Shown here in pieces: positions 50,364-59,623 of a stretch of DNA of 64,000 bases (its first letter is position 1; each line of letters opens with the position of its first letter). Source of the stretch: Clostridia bacterium (GTDB taxonomy: Bacteria; Bacillota; Clostridia; UMGS1883). Under the pieces are notes generated by a model. That model made no database searches, was not told where the DNA came from, and was given only the letters and a program-made list of their open reading frames with translations. The DNA is taken from NCBI GenBank assembly GCA_051866635.1, contig JBJDXJ010000046.1, positions 31,518-95,517 on the forward strand, given 5' to 3'. The position numbers and the translations under genes are program-made.

Positions 50364-50984
50364 ATGAAAGTATTATTAGTTAACGGCAGTCCCCATAAGG
50401 AAGGCTGTACATATACGGCACTTTCCGTTGTTGCAGAAGCTCTTAATAAAGAAGGTGTAGAAACGGAAATTGTAAATGTGGGCAACACAAAAGGAGGTTG
50501 CATGGGCTGTGGTTATTGTGCAAAAATGGGCAAATGCGTGAACGACTCTGACTGTGTAAATGAAATTCTTGCAATACTACCCGAATTTGACGGCTTTGTT
50601 TTCGGTTCACCTGTTCATTATGCATCTGCGTCAGGTGCAATAACCTCCTTTATGGACAGACTTTTCTGTGCCGGTGGCAAAAACCTTAGGTATAAGGTAG
50701 GTGCCGTAGTTGCATCTGCACGCCGTGGCGGTACAACGGCAACGCTTGATCAGCTTTCCAAGCACCTTACAATTTCCAATATGCCCGTTGTTTCCTCCTG
50801 TTATTGGAACATGGTTCACGGTGCAACAGCCGAGGATGTGTTGCGTGATGAAGAAGGTGTGCAGACAATGCGTACCTTAGGTAAAAACATGGCATGGCTT
50901 TTAAAATGTATTGCTCTGGGCAAAGAAAATGGCATTGATATTCCAGAAAGCGAACAAAAAATAAAAACAAACTTTATAAGATAA
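50364..50984 (+). CDS. Iron-sulfur flavoprotein (flavodoxin / FMN reductase family)
   Basis: VNGSPHKEGCT, CMGCGYC...C, GSPVHY, RRGG, YWNMVHG. Confidence 0.9.
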   Translation: MKVLLVNGSPHKEGCTYTALSVVAEALNKEGVETEIVNVGNTKGGCMGCGYCAKMGKCVNDSDCVNEILAILPEFDGFVFGSPVHYASASGAITSFMDRLFCAGGKNLRYKVGAVVASARRGGTTATLDQLSKHLTISNMPVVSSCYWNMVHGATAEDVLRDEEGVQTMRTLGKNMAWLLKCIALGKENGIDIPESEQKIKTNFIR

Positions 50985-50985
50985 A

Positions 50986-51025
50986 AAACACGCACTATTT
51001 GATTTTACTCAGATAGTGCGTTTTC
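50986..51025. terminator. Probable bidirectional terminator
   Basis: ACGCACTAT...ATAGTGCGT hairpin between convergent genes. Confidence 0.6.
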
Positions 51026-51028
51026 ATT

Positions 51029-52462
51029 TTACATAGTTACTGCATCAACAGCATCCTTGATTGACTTTTCCATGGCTTCTCTTCCGTACTTGTCAACCTC
51101 CATCTTATTCTTCACATCGCTGTGTGTAAGACATCCGGCACCGTTAATACATCCGCCTACACAGCACATACCTTCAATGAAGTTATAATCAGGTTTCTGC
51201 CCCGCCTTAAGCTTTTTAGATGCCATCATCAAAGTTTTCATACATTCTTCAATACCGTCACAGACAACGCCCTTAACTTCAAAATCAATGTTCTGTTCAC
51301 GCATAGCCTGAGTCGCCGCTTCGCTTAATCCGCCGCTTCTTGCAAAAATTCTGCCGTAGTATGATGCATTATCCAAAATGCCCTCTTCAAGATTTTCAAG
51401 TTCAATATCACGGCTGTCAAAAAGTGCCTGTAATTCTTCAAAGGTAAGGACTTCGTCAATATAAGGTCTGCTCTTTTCAAGCTTTGCCTCGCCCTTTTTA
51501 GCAGTACAAGGTCCGATAAACACCGTTCTTGCAGAAGGGTCTGTTTCTTTAATAAACTTTGAAATTTCAACCATGGGAGAATAGTTATGTGAAATATGCT
51601 CTGCCATATCGGGAACTGCGGATTTTATATATGACACAAAGGCAGGACAGCATGAAGATGTCAAAAAGCCTTTTTCGCTAAGCTCTCTACTTTCCTTCAA
51701 AGCAACCATATCGGCACCTAATGCCACCTCTACAACAGTATGGAAGCCCAAAGTTTTAAGACCTGTCACAACCTGACCTAACTTTGCATATTTAAACTGG
51801 CTGTAGATAGCAGGGGCAACAATGGCATATACCTTGTTTTCCTTCTTTTTTAACATATCAATTACGTTAAGTATATAGCTTTTGTCTGTAATTGCACCGA
51901 AAGGACACTTGTAAACACAGGCACCGCACTGTACACATTTACTGTTATCAATAGACGCACTCTTTCCGCCTTCTGCCTGAATGGCTTTAACCTTGCATGC
52001 TTTAACACAAGGCCTTTCACGCTTTACTATTGCAGAGAATGAACAATTACTTGCACACATACCACAGTTCTTGCACTTTTCCTTGTCAATATGTGCGTGA
52101 TGGCTGTGGTCAAAATAAATTGCACCAAACTTACAGGACTCCTCACAGCTATGTGCCAGACAGTTACGGCAACTGTCTGCAACAACTTCATAACCGCTGG
52201 CAGGGCATTTATCACAGGCACTTTTAATAACCTCAATATTGTTGGGATTATCAATATCACCGCCCATAGCCATCTTTACTCTTTCAAAAAGAATTGCTCT
52301 TTCCTTGTTAATACAACAACGCATTGTTGCTTCTTCACCGGGCACGATAATTTTGGGGATTTCAGAAAACTTCTCAAGAAGGGTGTCGTCCCATGCCTGT
52401 CTTGCCACCTCTCTGAGAACCTTATATTTCAAATGCTGTACCTTTGTATCAAACTTTCTCAT
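51029..52462 (-). CDS. Monomeric [FeFe] hydrogenase with N-terminal 4Fe-4S domains (HfsD-position)
   Basis: H-cluster motifs TSSCCPAF, GPCTAKKGE, EGMCCVGGCING; several CxxCxxCxxxC motifs. Confidence 0.9.
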   Translation of the reverse strand: MRKFDTKVQHLKYKVLREVARQAWDDTLLEKFSEIPKIIVPGEEATMRCCINKERAILFERVKMAMGGDIDNPNNIEVIKSACDKCPASGYEVVADSCRNCLAHSCEESCKFGAIYFDHSHHAHIDKEKCKNCGMCASNCSFSAIVKRERPCVKACKVKAIQAEGGKSASIDNSKCVQCGACVYKCPFGAITDKSYILNVIDMLKKKENKVYAIVAPAIYSQFKYAKLGQVVTGLKTLGFHTVVEVALGADMVALKESRELSEKGFLTSSCCPAFVSYIKSAVPDMAEHISHNYSPMVEISKFIKETDPSARTVFIGPCTAKKGEAKLEKSRPYIDEVLTFEELQALFDSRDIELENLEEGILDNASYYGRIFARSGGLSEAATQAMREQNIDFEVKGVVCDGIEECMKTLMMASKKLKAGQKPDYNFIEGMCCVGGCINGAGCLTHSDVKNKMEVDKYGREAMEKSIKDAVDAVTM

Positions 52463-52473
52463 ACTTTGTCTCC

Positions 52474-53646
52474 TTAAAAATAACTAACTTTAATCCGTTT
52501 TCCCATCTGCCTTAAACTTTTGGAAAGCTGTTCAACCAAATTCATTTTTATATTAAAATTAATAGGCAAATCCGGGTTCTGGTGAGCCGGGTTAATAGCT
52601 CTGCCCACATAGAAATTAATATCCGTGGCTTCTTCAAACAATAGTCTGCTTATGAGTGATGCTCCGTCATGACCGAAATTCCACTGTTCGTAAAGCTTGT
52701 TTTCGCCTAAATAATCTATTGCATATTCCACAACGCGGTTTATGGTTATAACACCTTCGGTAACAAGATCCACACCTTCAATTTCCGCAATTGGCGGAAT
52801 GTCGGACTGTTCAAAATTCAAACTTGCCTTTATTGGTTTATTTAAGTATTTTGCAACAATGGAGCTTGTTGTGCCGCCGCATACAATATGCTTACCTTCC
52901 TTTGAAAAGAAAAGTGCCATCATCCTTCCCGAATCGTCACGGTTAAAGGGCGGACCAAACAAAAGGTTCATAGGTTCACGTTTTCTTACTCTTACAACGC
53001 AAGCGGTTGTATCGTCCCCCGGCTTATTTCCGTAAAGCTTATTGCACTCATCCACCAGAATAGTAGACAGATTTTTTGCCGTGTAACCGCACACGCTCAT
53101 CATTTCCATAAATTCTATAATTTCTTCCCGTTTCCATCCGAAATTATATGCCATACCTATTCCCGCATGGGGACAACCGTCGCTCATCGCAATGATTAAG
53201 TCATCCTCGCAAAGCTTTATTGTGGACTTATATATTTTTTTACCGCCTATGTTCATTTCTGTTTTGGCATAATCGTAATTTTTGCCGTTTCTGAGTACAA
53301 TAACCTGTGGATTATCATACTGGATAATATCTGCACTTTCGTTATCTAACAGATGGATAATTGTAAAGGTTGAATATGCAACACCACGGACAGAGCAAAC
53401 GGGAAGTGTTGCCGCAATAGTTTCAACACATTCCTCTATCTTAAGTCCTGCCGCCATCATGGTTGAAATAATTTTTGATGTAATGGTTGACAAAATACTT
53501 GCCTTTACGCCGCTTCCCAATCCGTCCGCAAGAACAATGACAGTAGAGTTTTCATCCTGTTCCACAACATCAACATGGTCACCGCAGAGTTCTTCGCCAT
53601 AATGATTTATACTTTTATATCCGATTTCAGCACACAAATCATTCAT
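52474..53646 (-). CDS. SpoIIE/PP2C family Ser/Thr phosphatase (HfsC-like)
   Basis: ELCGDH, LADGLGSGVKA, MSDG, PGDDTT. Confidence 0.92.
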   Translation of the reverse strand: MNDLCAEIGYKSINHYGEELCGDHVDVVEQDENSTVIVLADGLGSGVKASILSTITSKIISTMMAAGLKIEECVETIAATLPVCSVRGVAYSTFTIIHLLDNESADIIQYDNPQVIVLRNGKNYDYAKTEMNIGGKKIYKSTIKLCEDDLIIAMSDGCPHAGIGMAYNFGWKREEIIEFMEMMSVCGYTAKNLSTILVDECNKLYGNKPGDDTTACVVRVRKREPMNLLFGPPFNRDDSGRMMALFFSKEGKHIVCGGTTSSIVAKYLNKPIKASLNFEQSDIPPIAEIEGVDLVTEGVITINRVVEYAIDYLGENKLYEQWNFGHDGASLISRLLFEEATDINFYVGRAINPAHQNPDLPINFNIKMNLVEQLSKSLRQMGKRIKVSYF

Positions 53647-55315
53647 CAGCAATCGACTCCTTTAATTTAGTAAGAGCAATTTTAGTTTCTGCCGCTGTTT
53701 CACCAAGGAGCGATGCAATTTCCTGAACAATTCTCATCTGCTTTTCAACAACCTTGTCAGCAACCTCAACTGTCTGACGGCTTATGTTTTCCTTTCTTTC
53801 ACGAACACTCTCTTCATCGGTTACATCACGAAGTATACCTACAAGCATCCTGGAATCCTTATCGTGGACAACAGTCATGTCAACATAACGCTTATATTCC
53901 GCCAGATAAATCCTGCTGTTTTTAACATCCTTTCCCGTCTGGAGCACACTTAAGAATATCTTCGGGTCCAAAATTCTCACAATGGGTTCACCCAAAACAT
54001 CGGAAGCATTACGTAAATTCATAATCTTCCTTGCCGCTTCGTTTATCTGCTGAACCTCCAAACTTTCATTAAGTGCAATAAGACCGTTAGGTGTATTTTT
54101 TACAATTGTGTCGGAAAAACTTTCTGCCTTATCCTTTAAAAATGGCAGACACATGCTGATTTCCGCTTTTCCCTGGCATACGGCAACTGCCTTGTCACGG
54201 CAGGTCGTATAACCGCACAGACCGCAGTTAAGCTCATCTGCCGCCTTAAACTTGCCCATTTGCCTTAATACATTTTCTATTTCAATATCATCAGGCATTT
54301 TAAGTCTGATTTCAATAGGTTCAAACACCTTCGCCAAATCAATGGGCTGAGGCTGTGTTACTTTAAAATCTTCCTCGCCGGCATAGTTTTTAACCTTTAA
54401 GTAATCTGCAACGGGCATCCTTTGTTTATTGCCCATGGCAGGGCCTTCTATACAACTGCCTTCACAGGCTGACATTTCAATAAAGCATTTATGTATGCTT
54501 CCTTTTTCAATTTCCTTTAATGCCTCCATGCATTTTTCCACACCGTCCAAGGCTACATACTCATAACCTTCCTCATCACAGACCATAGTTTTCAATATAC
54601 CGCCTGTAGTGGGGAAAAACCTTGCTTTTGATTCTACCGCACTGTCCCTCTTATGTTCAATTTCAATTTTTTCTTCCATAAGCCAGTTTTCCAGTTCTTC
54701 AAAGGTAAGCACTGCATCTGCAAAGCCTTCATAGTGTTCGGCTTCGTCTTTTTTTGAAATACAAGGCCCTATAAACACAACCTTAGCTTCAGGGTATCTT
54801 TTTTTAATATCTCTGCAGTGTGCCTGCATTGGGCTTAAAACATCGGCTAAGTAAGGAAGTGCCTTGGGAAAATATTTTTGTATAAGTAAATTAATTGAAT
54901 GACAACAGGAGGAGATAACAACGTCCCTATTTCCTTCATGAAGTATTCTTTCGTATTCTTTTTTTACTATAGTTGCACCGATTGCAGTTTCTTCCGCAAA
55001 GGCAAATCCCAACTTTTTAAGGGCTTCTCCCATTGCCTCTATGCCCGTATTTTCAAATTTTGAAATAAAGGAGGGTGCTAAGCTTACTGCCACAGTAGAG
55101 CCTCCCTGTATAAGCACCTTCGCCTTTTCAACCTCGTTTACAACCTCTTTTGCATTCTGGGGACAAACCACATAACACTTTCCGCACAAAATACATTCAT
55201 TGCCGATAATGTGTGCCTGATTACCCGAAAAACGGATAGCTTTCACAGGGCAATGACGTATACATTTATAGCAGTTTTTACAGTTTGATTTTTTAGAAGT
55301 CAGACAACTTGCCAT
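53639..55315 (-). CDS. PAS-domain sensory [FeFe] hydrogenase (HydS/HfsB-like)
   Basis: 2x4Fe-4S N-terminus, SSCCHS, GPCISKKDE, EMSACEGSC, FeS motif NCGLCGYTTC, C-terminal PAS domain and QEIASLLGET tail. Confidence 0.92.
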   Translation of the reverse strand: MASCLTSKKSNCKNCYKCIRHCPVKAIRFSGNQAHIIGNECILCGKCYVVCPQNAKEVVNEVEKAKVLIQGGSTVAVSLAPSFISKFENTGIEAMGEALKKLGFAFAEETAIGATIVKKEYERILHEGNRDVVISSCCHSINLLIQKYFPKALPYLADVLSPMQAHCRDIKKRYPEAKVVFIGPCISKKDEAEHYEGFADAVLTFEELENWLMEEKIEIEHKRDSAVESKARFFPTTGGILKTMVCDEEGYEYVALDGVEKCMEALKEIEKGSIHKCFIEMSACEGSCIEGPAMGNKQRMPVADYLKVKNYAGEEDFKVTQPQPIDLAKVFEPIEIRLKMPDDIEIENVLRQMGKFKAADELNCGLCGYTTCRDKAVAVCQGKAEISMCLPFLKDKAESFSDTIVKNTPNGLIALNESLEVQQINEAARKIMNLRNASDVLGEPIVRILDPKIFLSVLQTGKDVKNSRIYLAEYKRYVDMTVVHDKDSRMLVGILRDVTDEESVRERKENISRQTVEVADKVVEKQMRIVQEIASLLGETAAETKIALTKLKESIADE

Positions 55316-55329
55316 AATTAACTCCCCTT

Positions 55330-55575
55330 TTATTCATTCAAAATATGTTTTGCGAAAAACATTTCAAAGCCTTCCGGTGTAACGCCTGTGAAAACTTCGT
55401 CGTCAACCATTATTGTAACGCCGTCACGGTTACACTGTCCTGTACAGAAACTGCCTGCCAGTGTCACATCATCTTCAAGCCTTTTTTCTGCAATTGCTTT
55501 CTTAAAAAGCTCCACAATTTCATAAGAACCTTTTAAATAGCAGGAACTTCCCACACAAATCTGAACTATTTTCAT
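55330..55575 (-). CDS. Thioredoxin-like [2Fe-2S] protein (HfsA-like), copy 2
   Basis: ICVGSSCYLKGS...FCTGQC. Confidence 0.9.
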   Translation of the reverse strand: MKIVQICVGSSCYLKGSYEIVELFKKAIAEKRLEDDVTLAGSFCTGQCNRDGVTIMVDDEVFTGVTPEGFEMFFAKHILNE

Positions 55576-55811
55576 AATGCGTTCAATACTTCCTTTCGGA
55601 AAAATTCTTCAACGCTGTCACTTGTTACAGAGTAATAATTATCACCTATGGAAACACTTACACCATCGTGACATTTTCCCATGCAAAAGGTTCCTGCAAG
55701 TTCCACCTTGTCACTTACACCGTTTTCCGAAATCAATTTTTGCAGTTCGTCAACCACCTGTTTTGACCCCTTAATATGGCACGAAGACCCTACACATACT
55801 GTTATCTTCAT
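55572..55811 (-). CDS. Thioredoxin-like [2Fe-2S] protein (HfsA-like), copy 1
   Basis: VCVGSSCHIKGS...FCMGKC. Confidence 0.9.
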   Translation of the reverse strand: MKITVCVGSSCHIKGSKQVVDELQKLISENGVSDKVELAGTFCMGKCHDGVSVSIGDNYYSVTSDSVEEFFRKEVLNAL

Positions 55812-55835
55812 TTTTCTTCTCCTTTTATATGTTAT

Positions 55836-56582
55836 TTAAAAATCTCTGTTTTTAACCCATTCGATAAGCCTGTCGCCATCTTCTTCACATACATCAACGC
55901 TTAATGCCGCCGCAACTATGGGGAACCATTTTGCAACGTAATCCTTTTCAATACCGCTTTTTTCAACGTACAAATCAAGATAATCCTTTGCCATTTGTTC
56001 ATTTCCCGACAAACGGAGAAGGAGGCATGTTTTTACAACATCCGCTGAAGCGTTACCCTGTGCCGCATGTGACCAGTCTATAATATATAACTTGCCGTCC
56101 TCTGCTACTGCTACATTTGCAGGGGTAAAGTCACCGTGACAGATTTTTGAACGGGAAGGCATTTCAAGTATGCGTCTGTGAAGATTGAACCTTGTCACCG
56201 CATCAAGTTTACTTGCCATAATCTTACTTGTGAGCTTGTCGTTTAATCTGTTTAAAATTTTACAAGGCTTTCCCAAAACATCAATATGTAAATCTACCAT
56301 CATTTCAAGGTATTCTTTTGTTTTATCGGGGTTTTCCTCCATAAGCTGTGCAATAGTTTTTCCCTCGATATATTCCGACACAATACCCCACTTCCCATCA
56401 AATTGTTCAACGGAAAGTATCTTTGGAATATTAAGCCCCGTTTCTTCAACCCTTGACTGATTTAAGGCTTCGTTTAACACATCAGCCTTGGAAAAGCTTT
56501 CATCAAAAATCTTTGCCTTTTTATTACCGTCACGGTAAATAATTTTCCTATCTCTTTGGGCAATTACTTTTTCCAGTTTCAT
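55836..56582 (-). CDS. APH/choline-kinase-like phosphotransferase
   Basis: AKIF...EA (Lys-Glu pair), SEYIEG hinge, CHGDFTPAN catalytic loop, IIDW. Confidence 0.9.
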   Translation of the reverse strand: MKLEKVIAQRDRKIIYRDGNKKAKIFDESFSKADVLNEALNQSRVEETGLNIPKILSVEQFDGKWGIVSEYIEGKTIAQLMEENPDKTKEYLEMMVDLHIDVLGKPCKILNRLNDKLTSKIMASKLDAVTRFNLHRRILEMPSRSKICHGDFTPANVAVAEDGKLYIIDWSHAAQGNASADVVKTCLLLRLSGNEQMAKDYLDLYVEKSGIEKDYVAKWFPIVAAALSVDVCEEDGDRLIEWVKNRDF

Positions 56583-56635
56583 ACCTTTCTCTCCTTCTTG
56601 AAAGTATTTTTTTGCTACAAATGTATTTATTATTT

Positions 56636-56664
56636 ATTTTACCATACACCGAAGCTGTTTTCAA
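56636..56664 (-). promoter_or_regulatory. SigA-type promoter for the kinase-hydrogenase operon
   Basis: Reverse complement TTGAAA-17 nt-TAAAAT with extended TG. Confidence 0.55.
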
Positions 56665-56712
56665 TGATATTTTCTTTACTTAAACAGAAAAAACTGCAAA
56701 AATTGCAGTTAT

Positions 56713-56941
56713 AGGCTGTGTATAAACTTATTCCTCGCACAATCGCGAAGGGGTCGGGAAAGAAGGTTTCCCGAATAAAATCGGTGGGGTTAATCGCATT
56801 CACCCCACCGAAAGTGGCGATTTTAGGGGGTCAAGACCCCTTGCACGAGAAATCGCCACTTTGTACCTCAAAATATACAGACCTCAAAGTGCACAAGGAC
56901 GTAGTCCGCCTTTGAGGTCGCGTGTCTCTTTTAGACACGCT
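56713..56941 (+). mobile_element. ~230-bp MITE-like structured repeat, copy 2
   Basis: Homologous to 27426-27655; ends AGGCTGTGTATAAA / TTTTAGACACGCT; flanked by 13-bp direct repeat AAAAATTGCAGTT (56698-710, 56942-954) from a terminator-like palindrome. Confidence 0.8.
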
Positions 56942-56954
56942 AAAAATTGCAGTT

Positions 56955-57710
56955 TTATCTGTAAATTATATTTTCCTGTCCGTCAACACTTTTACACATA
57001 TATTTTTCCAGTGAGAAAATATCCTTGGGGATTGTGCTTTCTGCAAAATCTTTCGCTGTACCTTCAAAAACTTTTCTGCCTTTATCCATAACGATAATCT
57101 TGTCCGCTATTTCTATGGCATGGTTTATATCGTGCAACACCATAACTACAGTATCATTTGCATTTTTTCGTTCAATAAGAACATTTGTTAAATGCTTTGT
57201 ATATTCGCTGTCCAAATTTGCCGTAGGCTCGTCAAGAAGGATAACAGACGCACCTTGGCAAAGCATCATTGCAAAAAAAGCCTTACGCCTCTCTCCCCCT
57301 GATATTTTGTCAACCCTTCTTTCGGCAATGTTTTCTATTTTCACTTTTTTTATACATTCAGAAGTAATTTTCTTATCTTCTTCCGACAAAATCCCCGTCA
57401 CACCCGTATAAGGGAAACGACCAAAGGACACCAGTTTTTCAACCGTCACCTGGGGCTTTGGCAAGTTTTGTACCATTGATGCAATTTTTTTGCCTATATG
57501 TTTTCCCGAAAACTTTTTTATATTTTCGCCTTCTAAATAAATATCACCCTCATAGGAACAGTTTAACGTTATACACCTTAAAACGGTTGTCTTTCCCGAA
57601 CCGTTTTTGCCTAAAATTACGGTAATTTCCCCTTCATTTGCAGTAAAGGACACGTTATCCAGTAAAGCTCTGTTCTTTGTTTTTACACTGATATTCCTAC
57701 ATTCAATCAT
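56955..57710 (-). CDS. Iron-chelate/cobalamin ABC transporter ATP-binding protein (FecE/BtuD-like)
   Basis: GKNGSGKT, GRFPY, ISGGE, LLDEPT, VLHDIN. Confidence 0.92.
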   Translation of the reverse strand: MIECRNISVKTKNRALLDNVSFTANEGEITVILGKNGSGKTTVLRCITLNCSYEGDIYLEGENIKKFSGKHIGKKIASMVQNLPKPQVTVEKLVSFGRFPYTGVTGILSEEDKKITSECIKKVKIENIAERRVDKISGGERRKAFFAMMLCQGASVILLDEPTANLDSEYTKHLTNVLIERKNANDTVVMVLHDINHAIEIADKIIVMDKGRKVFEGTAKDFAESTIPKDIFSLEKYMCKSVDGQENIIYR

Positions 57711-58692
57711 GGCTTAACCTGCCCTTCAGAAGAAGATACAAAAAGAATGGAGCACCTAAAAATGACATAATTATCCCTGCCGGCAACTCTGTAGGTGCAA
57801 AGAAAAACCGTCCTGCCCAGTCGGAAAAAATGACAATAATTGCACCTGCCAGTGCTGAAAATAAAATGTTATACCTATTGTCATTTCCGCATATTTTTCT
57901 CACTGCGTTGGGCACAATAAGTCCCACAAAGCCTAAAAGCCCTGCAAAACTCACTGCCGCCGCACAAAGTGCCGCAGAAAATATAATAGATATAATCCTT
58001 ACCCTCTTTACATTAACGCCTAAGTTTTTCGCAATTTCATCACCAAGGCACAAAAGGTTTATTTTTGCCGCCATAATCTGAAGAACAACAGTGCTTAAAA
58101 GCACGATAACAAAGGGCAAAAGAATATCCTTTAAAGCCACATCCGAAAAACCGCCCACACTAAAGGCAGTGTAGCTTGTCAATACATCAGGGTATCTTAA
58201 GGACAAAAATGAAATCCCTCCGCTTAAAATGGAGCTTACTGCAACACCTGACAGAACAATGGTGCCGGTGCTTGTTTTCCTTCCCCCTGCAAATGATACG
58301 CCCATAACAACACCTGTTGACAAAAGTGCACCTACAAATGCCGCCAAGGGAACAATCATCCACAAAGAAGGGAAAAGGCAAAGAGTTAATATAACTGCAA
58401 AACCCGCACCTGAATTTACCCCGATTATGTTAGGGGCACATAAAGGGTTATTTGTCACCGCTTGCAAAACACATCCCGCAACAGCAAGTGCCCAACCTGC
58501 AAGAGAGGCACCCAGTACCCTAGGAAGGCGTATCTTTGTAAGAATTATGTAGAGGGCTTCATCCTTTCTTGTAAACCCTTCTACCAAATCCCTTATATTC
58601 ATTTTTACACTGCCCGTACAAAGAGCAAGGGCAATCGCCCCTAAAAGGACCATTGCCGCAATTAAATAGTATGAAATATACTTTTTATTCAT
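57703..58692 (-). CDS. FecCD/BtuC family ABC permease
   Basis: IRLPR, QAVTNNPL, LGDEIAKNLGV, GFVGLIVP, GAPFF. Confidence 0.93.
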   Translation of the reverse strand: MNKKYISYYLIAAMVLLGAIALALCTGSVKMNIRDLVEGFTRKDEALYIILTKIRLPRVLGASLAGWALAVAGCVLQAVTNNPLCAPNIIGVNSGAGFAVILTLCLFPSLWMIVPLAAFVGALLSTGVVMGVSFAGGRKTSTGTIVLSGVAVSSILSGGISFLSLRYPDVLTSYTAFSVGGFSDVALKDILLPFVIVLLSTVVLQIMAAKINLLCLGDEIAKNLGVNVKRVRIISIIFSAALCAAAVSFAGLLGFVGLIVPNAVRKICGNDNRYNILFSALAGAIIVIFSDWAGRFFFAPTELPAGIIMSFLGAPFFLYLLLKGRLSHD

Positions 58693-59623
58693 GAATTCGC
58701 TCCGGATAAAGAATATTTGCAAGATATTTATACGCTTCTGCCCATCTTTGGTTTGGTTTATAGTGGAACAAGTCTTTGGGAAGAAAATGCACATTTCCTG
58801 TCTTTACCGCAGTAAGATGGCTCCAGCCATCCTCCTGTAAAAGGCTTGTCATATATTCCTTTGCCGCATCTTCGTCACCCATTGTTGAAATAAAGATATG
58901 CTCCGGGTCCTCTTTAATAATTTCCTCAATGCTTAATCCGTCCAATAGCACAGGTGCATTTTCGGCAATATTGTACGTGTTCAATTCATAAAGCATCTGA
59001 CAGACAAAATTATCATCCTTCGTTTTTGCCTTTGTGCTTCGTGCGGCAGAGCCTGCCCTTACAAAAAGGATTTTTTGCGTATCTTCAATATCGTCAAGAA
59101 GTGCTTTAAGTTCAATAATGTCGTTTTCTATAGCCTCGCCGTACACTTCATAATTTCCCCGGCATCCTGTAATACGGGTGCAAATATCAAGCATATTAAG
59201 ATAGTCGCTATAGCACTCCACCTTAAAAAGTGCAACGGGAATTCCCGCCTCACGGCAAATGTCTGCCGTTTCACGCTGAATATCGTAATCTGCTGTGGCA
59301 ATAACAAAATCAGGCTTATTTGCAATCAATATTTCAGTGTCGATATGTGTGTGTCCGCTCTTATCGTCCACCAATATTACATCGTCCTTGGCAAAGCCTC
59401 TTTCAACAGCCTCAGAAACGGTTATATCTATCTCTCCTCCTGCCAAACTCCATACCTCTGCATATGATGAAAACAAAATTGCCACCTTTTCGGGCTTTTT
59501 CTCAAGACTCACCGTGTAACCTGTATCATCAGTAAATTCCATATAAACTTCCGTCTTAGCCGTTTCACTTGTACAGCCCGAAAACATTAAAAGAGCAAGT
59601 AATACACAAATTAGTTTTTTCAT
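58685..59623 (-). CDS. Iron-chelate/cobalamin ABC substrate-binding lipoprotein
   Basis: Lipobox FSGC; FTDDTG..V..KPEKV, EILIANKPD, SIEEIIKEDP, LTAVKTGNV. Confidence 0.9.
   Translation of the reverse strand: MKKLICVLLALLMFSGCTSETAKTEVYMEFTDDTGYTVSLEKKPEKVAILFSSYAEVWSLAGGEIDITVSEAVERGFAKDDVILVDDKSGHTHIDTEILIANKPDFVIATADYDIQRETADICREAGIPVALFKVECYSDYLNMLDICTRITGCRGNYEVYGEAIENDIIELKALLDDIEDTQKILFVRAGSAARSTKAKTKDDNFVCQMLYELNTYNIAENAPVLLDGLSIEEIIKEDPEHIFISTMGDEDAAKEYMTSLLQEDGWSHLTAVKTGNVHFLPKDLFHYKPNQRWAEAYKYLANILYPERIHE

Noticed and set aside
55836-56582. Aminoglycoside resistance gene
   Set aside because: Only generic APH-fold motifs; sits at the head of a hydrogenase operon with no resistance-cassette context
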